Shown here piece after piece: positions 57,600 to 64,000 of a DNA stretch of 64,000 nucleotides. A program made the position numbers and the translations under genes. Positions within the stretch are counted from its first letter, which is position 1, and every line of letters begins with the position of its first letter. The notes below the pieces were generated by a model, which was not told where the DNA came from, did no database searches, and saw nothing but the letters and a program-made list of their open reading frames with translations. The stretch lies in IMG/VR virus record IMGVR_UViG_3300043411_002794, positions 32,001 through 96,000 of that record; one strand, 5' to 3'. This DNA is from a virus.

Positions 57600-58348
57600 G
57601 GTACGTCCGGTGCCAGCAGCGGAATGCCTTCGTCGATACCGCCCATCAGCGGCATTAGGAGCGATTCCCAGAACGGGCGACGCTGCTTGTCCCAGCATAA
57701 GCCGCACGAAGTGCAGGTGTGCTTCATCTTACCGCCGACAACACCGTTCTCGGCCGGACAGACCAGGACGCCGTTGGCTTTCTTCATGGTCGTGTCGGGG
57801 CTGTCCCGGAAGACCAGGTCGCAGTCGTCGGGCGCCGTAGCGGCGTCCGCGTCGTCGATGGCCATGTAGGCGATCCGGACGCCGGGTACGCGCGGGGCCA
57901 TGCCCTTCTCGCGATCGGTGCTGAACCACAGGCACATGTTGACCAGCGAGCTGAGGCGGGCCAGCTGCGGGAAGATATCCAGTTCGGACCAGCTGCGGGT
58001 GTAACCGTAGAAGGTCGTGCTGCGGCAGGCTTTAATGATGTCGTACCACTTGTCGACGTACGCCGGATCGTAGAAGTCACCGGCGACGTGCAGCCGGACG
58101 ACACCGGCATTGTGTTTACGGATTTCTCCGGCCATCCACGGAGCGAACTCCGGCATGGTCGAAAAGCGGTAATTGGCGGCATGCGATTCTTTGACGTTTC
58201 GCATACGGAAGAAACCTTCGGCGGCGTAGCAACGCGAGTCGCAGAGGCGACTTTTTCCCGGGCAGGTCTCTCGGGCTGGAATACTCCAGCTGAAAATACC
58301 TACGCCCAGTTTCGTGTTGCCGCCCTGCAATTTGGCGACGGCTGTCAT
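57587..58348 (-). CDS. Gp88-like (radical-SAM-related) phage protein
   Basis: TCPGKSRLCDSRCYA Cys cluster, VRLHVAGDFY, YGYTRSW, C-terminal CTSCGLC. Confidence 0.72.
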   Translation of the reverse strand: MTAVAKLQGGNTKLGVGIFSWSIPARETCPGKSRLCDSRCYAAEGFFRMRNVKESHAANYRFSTMPEFAPWMAGEIRKHNAGVVRLHVAGDFYDPAYVDKWYDIIKACRSTTFYGYTRSWSELDIFPQLARLSSLVNMCLWFSTDREKGMAPRVPGVRIAYMAIDDADAATAPDDCDLVFRDSPDTTMKKANGVLVCPAENGVVGGKMKHTCTSCGLCWDKQRRPFWESLLMPLMGGIDEGIPLLAPDVPCPT

Positions 58349-58878
58349 TCTTCGAATGAGATGTTCCGGCGTTGTTTTTCGTACGGGTCCGGCTCAATGC
58401 CGGCAATCCGATTCATGGCTTCCTGCTGGACAGCCCGTAGTTTTTCATTTCGCCAGGGCTCCGCTTCACGTTGCGGGGCCGCGCCGGACGTCACGTCTAG
58501 GCGATCACGGATATAGCTGAATGTGGACGGCGGGAACGACAGACCGCGGTTGGCGGCCTCGATGACCAAGGCTTTGAACATCGGTTGCTGGGCGAGCCAG
58601 CCGGAAGGGCCGAAGCACGCTTCCATTTTGGTTGCCCAGGCCTTGGCCAACGACAAGTGGGCGTTGACCATCCAGATGACGATCTCCCAAATTCGCTTGT
58701 CGGGCAGCGTGTCGAAGGCAACGACAGTCCCATCTTGTTCCCGCCAGAAGCGATCGGATCGCTTCCAGTCGATGGACTGCGTCGTTTCCCGCCAGGCGTC
58801 TTTATCGGCATCGCGGGCGGCTTGTTCGGCCGCCCGCTGCCTGGCGGGAATCCCTGGTTCGACATGACGAAAGGCCAT
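58345..58878 (-). CDS. Hypothetical protein
   Basis: 177-aa ORF in operon. Confidence 0.55.
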   Translation of the reverse strand: MAFRHVEPGIPARQRAAEQAARDADKDAWRETTQSIDWKRSDRFWREQDGTVVAFDTLPDKRIWEIVIWMVNAHLSLAKAWATKMEACFGPSGWLAQQPMFKALVIEAANRGLSFPPSTFSYIRDRLDVTSGAAPQREAEPWRNEKLRAVQQEAMNRIAGIEPDPYEKQRRNISFEE

Positions 58879-58880
58879 GC

Positions 58881-59303
58881 TTAGTCATCCAGACTGATGC
58901 CGCGGCGGACTTCGACCGTCGCCTGCACGATGTAACGGGCAACCGGAACGGCGCGCTCGTCGTTACCGACGGCCTCCGGGCTGCGGCCGAGCGACAGATT
59001 AGCGGCCATTTGCACGACGTGCTTGCAGGTCCGCTCACTGCCCCGCATGTTTGCCCAGCCCGGGCAATTGCAGCTGAGCCGTCGTTCGCCGGTCGTCGGG
59101 TGAACCCATTCGACCGTGGCGTACTTGGTCATTCCGTTGGTCGAGGCAGGTTCCCAGATTCGCACGGGAGCCTGCAGGATGCCGTCGACCATGAGTATGC
59201 CGCGGGACTGACCCACGGACTGTGCTCGGGTGATCGGCAGGTAGGCAACTGCGGTCTGTTCGACCTGCGTTTCCTGTTGTCGTTGAATAGGCGAACGTGA
59301 CAT
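58881..59303 (-). CDS. SWIM Zn-finger protein
   Basis: SCNCPGW...TCKHV. Confidence 0.7.
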   Translation of the reverse strand: MSRSPIQRQQETQVEQTAVAYLPITRAQSVGQSRGILMVDGILQAPVRIWEPASTNGMTKYATVEWVHPTTGERRLSCNCPGWANMRGSERTCKHVVQMAANLSLGRSPEAVGNDERAVPVARYIVQATVEVRRGISLDD

Positions 59304-59306
59304 GGT

Positions 59307-60371
59307 TTATCCCAGGTCTAGGGCCCGATGAGCGCGACCGAAGCGACGAATGTCTTCTTCGATTTTAACATCGCTTTGGGCAGCTTGTGTGATTTCGTCG
59401 AGGCTTTGCGCAAAGCCGCTGGCAATCGCCGTGTCGCGGTCGAACTGACTGACGACGATGCCGCTGATACGGGATTCCAGCTCGGCGGCCTTCGCCAGCA
59501 GCTCGGGGCTGGCGATGAAGCTGAACGACCGCAGTTTGCTGATGGCTGCCCGCACGGCGTTGAAGGAACGGTCGGTAATGCGGCCGTCGCGTTGGATGAG
59601 TTCGTTCAGCTCGGTAAGGGCCTTGGCGAAGGCTTCCCGCGGGCCGACGGTGGCCTGCATAATCGCCGCGTCGATCTGGGCCCGGGCGGCCTGGTCGATG
59701 TAGTCGGCATAGTTGGCCAAGTCGCCGACGGAGAGCGTCCCGCGGCTGGCCTGCACGCGTTCAGACTCGTCAGCGGCTGCCAGGCGGACGCGGACCAATC
59801 GCAGGTAGAACTTTTCGCGTACCTTTTCGGGTTCCGGTAAGCGGCTGTAGATGCGTCGCCAGATGGCGTCGCTGAGGTTGGCCTTGATCTCGTCGATGAC
59901 GCGGCCCCAGTTGTCGCAGAAGTAGTCTGCCAACGCACCCAGGCGATAAGCGACGCTTTGGTCGCGAATGTTGGTCCAGCGCGGGACGTATCGAGCACCA
60001 TCGTAGACCGGGACGCCGTTGACGGTTTTCCCGATCAATTCGTAGAGCATGTTTTCGGCGGAAGCATGCGGGACCATTCGCAGGCCGCGGATCGGAAACG
60101 GTTCGCTGTAGAAGGCAACGGCGGCCTTGGCTTCCGAGATCAACAGATTGAACGCCGCCTTCTGTTCGCGGAGCCAGGCGGATTGCTCCATCAGCTTGAC
60201 CTGCGGGGCGGTGACCGTGTCTGCGTCGGCGGTTTCGTTACCGACCATGACCTTGGCGTCTTTGAGGATGTATCGACCTTGCCAGACGCCAATGTCCGGA
60301 TCGATGATGTGTACGTGCTGCAGCAAACTACCGGTATCACGGGTAGTTTGCGTGTTTTCTACAATCGGCAT
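59307..60371 (-). CDS. DUF3150-like protein
   Basis: 354 aa, helical; S.PFPIRGLRMVP segment; position in the AAA/DUF1257/DUF2997 module. Confidence 0.55.
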   Translation of the reverse strand: MPIVENTQTTRDTGSLLQHVHIIDPDIGVWQGRYILKDAKVMVGNETADADTVTAPQVKLMEQSAWLREQKAAFNLLISEAKAAVAFYSEPFPIRGLRMVPHASAENMLYELIGKTVNGVPVYDGARYVPRWTNIRDQSVAYRLGALADYFCDNWGRVIDEIKANLSDAIWRRIYSRLPEPEKVREKFYLRLVRVRLAAADESERVQASRGTLSVGDLANYADYIDQAARAQIDAAIMQATVGPREAFAKALTELNELIQRDGRITDRSFNAVRAAISKLRSFSFIASPELLAKAAELESRISGIVVSQFDRDTAIASGFAQSLDEITQAAQSDVKIEEDIRRFGRAHRALDLG

Positions 60372-60386
60372 GGGTTTCTAATTACC
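60372..60386 (-). promoter_or_regulatory. Junction motif GGTAATTAGAAACCC, copy 5
   Basis: Exact 15-mer containing the upstream TAA and directly abutting the ATG. Confidence 0.6.
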
Positions 60387-60765
60387 GAGGGTCGTTTGCG
60401 GTGGGAATGCCGTGCTCGGTCAGCCACTTCACCTCTTCGGCGAGGGCGACGTTTTTGTCGAAGTACGGACCGAGGACCGGACCGCCGACGGGGAGCATGT
60501 CTGCCCACCAGGAGTTGGCGGGAAGAAGTTCTGCGGCCGTTACCAGATCATCAAGATGGATCTCGTCGGCAAATACTTTGCGGTTGTTGGTGGCGAGCCA
60601 ACGAAGCGCAGTGTCGGAAAGATCACCAGGCGGCTCCACGTGGCTCGCCCGGCGCGTCTCTGTGCCGCCCAGGGCGGACAGGATCTTGGCGGACTCGGGC
60701 GAATGAATCGCCCGAGTGCCCGCCGCACGGTCCCGCGGAACCACGATGGTGATTTTCTTACTCAC
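60382..60765 (-). CDS. Conserved phage hypothetical protein
   Basis: WWADMLPVGGPVLGPYF...ALAEEVKWL; probable GTG start. Confidence 0.55.
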   Translation of the reverse strand: MSKKITIVVPRDRAAGTRAIHSPESAKILSALGGTETRRASHVEPPGDLSDTALRWLATNNRKVFADEIHLDDLVTAAELLPANSWWADMLPVGGPVLGPYFDKNVALAEEVKWLTEHGIPTANDPR

Positions 60766-60970
60766 CGCTGATGTGCTCGCGCTGTTCATTGTCTTCGAAC
60801 ATTTCCGACTTCGCCTCGTCGGCGACGACGTTGGCGAACATCCGGGAGATCGCGGCCGTGGCGTCTTTGCAGGCCGTGCCTTGGAAGCCCGACGTCTCGA
60901 ACGACACCGGTGCCTTACCGGAGGCCACGCCCTTGAGCGGGACGATGATCTTGATCTGACGCATACTCAT
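60758..60970 (-). CDS. DUF2997 family protein
   Basis: FETSGFQGTACKDAT motif; adjacent to DUF1257. Confidence 0.75.
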   Translation of the reverse strand: MSMRQIKIIVPLKGVASGKAPVSFETSGFQGTACKDATAAISRMFANVVADEAKSEMFEDNEQREHISGE

Positions 60971-60983
60971 GTTTTGCTCTCGA

Positions 60984-61028
60984 AATAAAAAAAGAAAAAC
61001 ACCCTGGAGGACCGGTTCCTCCAGGGTG
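60984..61028 (-). terminator. Intrinsic terminator between DUF1257 and DUF2997 genes
   Basis: CACCCTGGAGGA/TCCTCCAGGGTG stem followed by a long T-tract on the minus strand. Confidence 0.78.
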
Positions 61029-61068
61029 CCTTGAGCGTACCGACTAGCCTATGTCGTTGTCGACCGGC

Positions 61069-61437
61069 TTAGTAAGCCGTAGCGGTCAGGTGCACGTCGC
61101 CGTTCTCCTGCACTTCTTCGGTGATTTCCGAGAAGCCCTGCAGGCGGCATTCGGCGGCCGACTTTTCCAGGGTGTACGCCTGGACGAGGCGATCGATTTC
61201 GATTTCTTGGCCCCAGTGGCCTTCGTAGTTGTCGTAGAGCACTTCGCCCGACGCGACGTCGAAGACGACGTCGTAGCGCCACTTCGGCAGGCGCAGGGCC
61301 ATGCCTTGGCGGGTGGTGCCGTCGAAGAGACGGTGGGTGCCTTCCTTCAAGGCCGGCAGATTCAGACGACCGACGGCGGCACGCAGAGCTTCGACATCGG
61401 TGACGTTGACCGACTTAACTTTCACAGTGTGCGACAT
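61069..61437 (-). CDS. DUF1257 (Ycf35-like) protein
   Basis: MSHTVKVK...DVEAL..A...VLYDNYEGHWG...QAY..EK. Confidence 0.78.
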   Translation of the reverse strand: MSHTVKVKSVNVTDVEALRAAVGRLNLPALKEGTHRLFDGTTRQGMALRLPKWRYDVVFDVASGEVLYDNYEGHWGQEIEIDRLVQAYTLEKSAAECRLQGFSEITEEVQENGDVHLTATAY

Positions 61438-61540
61438 AGCGGCAAACTCCAAAAAACAGAACAAAGGGATCCCAAAACAAACAGCGCTTCCAAACAATAT
61501 ACAGGCTGCTGCGATTTCTCGCAGCGCGGACTCAGTCAGA

Positions 61541-63274
61541 CTACTGGGAGAGCGGGGTAACCCCGGTAGTCACGGCGCGACGACGCGGCGGCGGAGCGGT
61601 TACGGCGCCGCCCGGCAAGCTGGCGGGACGCGCCCGCTCCTTGCAGAACGTGCGGATCGCTTCGACGTCTTCGGCCGCCAACTTGGTCAGCGGGATGATG
61701 TTGCTGGCGGCTTGGATGAAGTCCGTCAGTTGCGGCGTGGCGGCTTTGGTCGGATCGGTCCCGGACCGACCACCGGTCTTGTGTTGCTCGAAGGAAATGA
61801 AGCGGGCTTCCTTGACGAGCTCTTCGATTTCGGAGCCGACCCAGCCTTCGGTGCGTTCGAGCAGGGTGTCCCAGTCGGCCGTCGAGAGCGGCAGGTCTTC
61901 GAACTTGTCGCCCCGCTTGGCCAAGTGGATCTTGAGGATTTGGCGACGTTCTTCCATGCTCGGCACGTCGACGAAGAACACGGCATCGAAGCGACCCGAA
62001 CGGAGGAACTCCGGCGGGATGCCCTTGGTGCGGTTCATCGTCATGATCACGAAGGTGCGATCCTGCTTGCTGGCGAGCCAGCTCAGCAACTGACCGAACA
62101 CGCGCTGCGTAACGCCCGAGTCGCCGCGGCCGTCGTGGGCGTTACCCCACGCCTTGTCGGCTTCGTCGATGAGCAGCACGCAGCCCTGCTGGGCCGAGAT
62201 CTGGCGGATGGCGTCCCGCATACGGGCTTCCGACTCGCCGACCAACGAACCGAACACGGCGCCGACGTCCATGATGTAGACGGGCAGGTTCAGCAGGCGG
62301 CCGGTGGCCAGGGCGACCATCGACTTACCGGTACCCGGCACGCCGAGGAGCACGGCACCCTTGGGATAGTCCAAGCGGGCCACGCGGGCGTCACGCCCGT
62401 ACGCCAAGGCGCGGCGGCCGACGAACTCGAGGAAGTTTTCGTAGCCGCCGATTTCGTTACGGTTGGCGACGACTTCTTCGTGGATGTAGGTCAGCACTTC
62501 GCCCTTGCGGATGATCTGCGCCTTCTCGTCTTTGATGAGCTTGAGCATTTCGGGCGTGAAGCCCTTGTGCCGCACCAAGCACTTGGAGAGCGTATTTTCC
62601 GCTTCGGCGGCGGTGAGGCCGAGCAGGTTCGCCACGATCGCATCGCGGAGGTCGTCCGGGCAGGCGGTCTTGCTGGCGTCGGTGGTGCCGATCGAGGCCG
62701 ACTCGCGGACGTAGTCGAACACGGCACGGAGCTTGTCTTCGTCCGGCAGCGAGAATTCGAGCACGGTCATGCAGCTGCGGAGATTCTTGTGGATCTCCAG
62801 GCTCGGGCTGGTGATCACGACCGGGCAACGGCGGCGTTCGTTATTCAGCCGCACGCTTTCGACCAACGAACGGAAGGCCCGACGGACGACCGGATTGATG
62901 AAGAAGTCCGGCATGTCGCGCATCACGAAGATGCACTTGCCGGGCCACTTGGCGTCGGCCAGGGAGCGGAGCGCGGCAGCGGCGTCGCGGTACTTCTCGT
63001 TCGCGAACTCGGTCGGTACGGCCTGACCTTCGCCGGCCAACTGGAACCCTTCGAAATGGTCCCAAGTGTAGACGCTCATCTGCAGCTTCTTGGCAGTGCG
63101 AACGACCTCTTTCTCGACGCGCTTTTCTTCGCTCGTCGGCACGTACATCGCCTGGTAACCGGCACGGATGTATTCGGAGAGCTGATCCCCGAACGTGGTG
63201 TCATTGAGGCCATCTTTTTCCAGCAGACCGGAAACGGCGGCGGCAGAAGCGGGAGCGGTATTACGACTCATCAT
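61541..63274 (-). CDS. AAA ATPase (Ycf46/SpoVK-like)
   Basis: GVPGTGKS, LLIDEADK, TMNR, RSGRFDAVFFVDVP; degenerate N-terminal AAA domain. Confidence 0.9.
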   Translation of the reverse strand: MMSRNTAPASAAAVSGLLEKDGLNDTTFGDQLSEYIRAGYQAMYVPTSEEKRVEKEVVRTAKKLQMSVYTWDHFEGFQLAGEGQAVPTEFANEKYRDAAAALRSLADAKWPGKCIFVMRDMPDFFINPVVRRAFRSLVESVRLNNERRRCPVVITSPSLEIHKNLRSCMTVLEFSLPDEDKLRAVFDYVRESASIGTTDASKTACPDDLRDAIVANLLGLTAAEAENTLSKCLVRHKGFTPEMLKLIKDEKAQIIRKGEVLTYIHEEVVANRNEIGGYENFLEFVGRRALAYGRDARVARLDYPKGAVLLGVPGTGKSMVALATGRLLNLPVYIMDVGAVFGSLVGESEARMRDAIRQISAQQGCVLLIDEADKAWGNAHDGRGDSGVTQRVFGQLLSWLASKQDRTFVIMTMNRTKGIPPEFLRSGRFDAVFFVDVPSMEERRQILKIHLAKRGDKFEDLPLSTADWDTLLERTEGWVGSEIEELVKEARFISFEQHKTGGRSGTDPTKAATPQLTDFIQAASNIIPLTKLAAEDVEAIRTFCKERARPASLPGGAVTAPPPRRRAVTTGVTPLSQ

Positions 63275-63280
63275 GAATCC

Positions 63281-63943
63281 TTATTGACTAGCAACTTGCG
63301 ACAAATGACGGACGATGCCACGCGCATCGCCCGTTCTCAGTTCCAACCCTTCGAGCTGCTTGGCCAGCAACCCGAAGCGAAAACGTACGATCTTGTTGAT
63401 CTCGTTCGTCTTCTCTTGTTCTACGGCGTACATGGCAGCGAACATCTCCGGATCATCGGAAAAGTCGTTCTGCACGAAGGCCTGGGTGTTGCGCGCGGCA
63501 ATCCGGAGCACGTCCGGCGCCTGCATGATTCCCTCTGCGTCCAGCGTATAGCCGATGTACGCACGAATTTCTTCGGTAAAGGGCTCCTCGTCTTCCGGCG
63601 GCGAAATCAGCAGGGCCTCAGTAATGCCCCAAGCGATCTCTAGCGCGTCGGCGGGATCCCACAGTTCCGGATTCCAACTGCCGCCGGCTAGTACATTGCA
63701 AAATGCAATGAACGTCGGCAGTGATTTGTAAAAGTCATCGGTGACGAGCAATTGTACCCCGGTCATCAGCCGATCGAAGTTCGGCCCCGACAGGGCAACA
63801 CCGAAGTCTTGCTCGACCTCCATTGCGATCGTCGCCGGATCCCATTTCAACCCCTCCGTGCCGTACTTGTCCAAGAACAAGACCAGCAAGGTCGTCGTAA
63901 ACGCGTCGGGGTTAGTCCACATTTCTTGCGGTTGGGTCGGCAT
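63281..63943 (-). CDS. Hypothetical protein
   Basis: 220-aa acidic ORF with GGGAG RBS. Confidence 0.6.
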   Translation of the reverse strand: MPTQPQEMWTNPDAFTTTLLVLFLDKYGTEGLKWDPATIAMEVEQDFGVALSGPNFDRLMTGVQLLVTDDFYKSLPTFIAFCNVLAGGSWNPELWDPADALEIAWGITEALLISPPEDEEPFTEEIRAYIGYTLDAEGIMQAPDVLRIAARNTQAFVQNDFSDDPEMFAAMYAVEQEKTNEINKIVRFRFGLLAKQLEGLELRTGDARGIVRHLSQVASQ

Positions 63944-64000
63944 TGTGCACTCCCTGCAGGCAGCGACGAAGGACTACGTTGAGATCGTATGCCAGCGTTT

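Larger units (their letters stand above)
1..64000. mobile_element. Segment of a large tailed dsDNA phage or prophage genome
   Basis: Terminase large subunit, phage-type PolA with UDG domain, primase, helicases, UvsX-like recombinase, ThyX, HNH, many short overlapping hypothetical ORFs; no bacterial housekeeping operons, rRNA or tRNA seen. Confidence 0.92.

Noticed and set aside
7537-63643. Long plus-strand ORFs (for example 7537-8508, 29978-32011, 61301-63643)
   Set aside because: Antisense shadows of motif-rich minus-strand genes, expected in high-GC DNA; no motifs or RBS.
1-64000. tRNA or rRNA genes
   Set aside because: No cloverleaf with T-loop (GTTCRA) or rRNA-like segments recognised by eye; tRNAscan-SE or Infernal would be needed to exclude them fully.

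Overview
This window is part of a large dsDNA tailed phage or prophage genome (about 60% GC, dense genes, almost all on the minus strand). A Planctomycetota-like host is only weakly inferred. It carries a replication/recombination module: UDG-PolA fusion polymerase, DnaG-like primase, DnaB-like and SF2 helicases, RecA/UvsX, gp32-like SSB, SbcCD and an ATP-dependent ligase. It also carries nucleotide and NAD metabolism genes (ThyX, an Nampt-like plus Prs-like pair), two DNA methyltransferases, HldE, a GpA-type terminase, CsrA and an AAA/DUF1257/DUF2997/DUF3150 module. The most striking element is a stand-alone Cas7/RAMP-like gene (44565-45236, minus) followed directly by a 1,227-nt tract (43324-44550). 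That tract parses exactly into 192 hexamers (consensus G-N-Y-N-N-Y, mostly GAC/GGC-NNY) plus 15 pentamers, and it cannot be read as one protein. It is a candidate RNA-guided system with a 6-nt periodic, non-contiguous guide code and no CRISPR array or other cas genes in the window. Other highlights: a second RAMP-like gene next to an IS110/Nop(Tas)-like gene, a 15-bp motif repeated at five gene junctions, and an AT-rich triple repeat with covarying GNA-loop hairpins.
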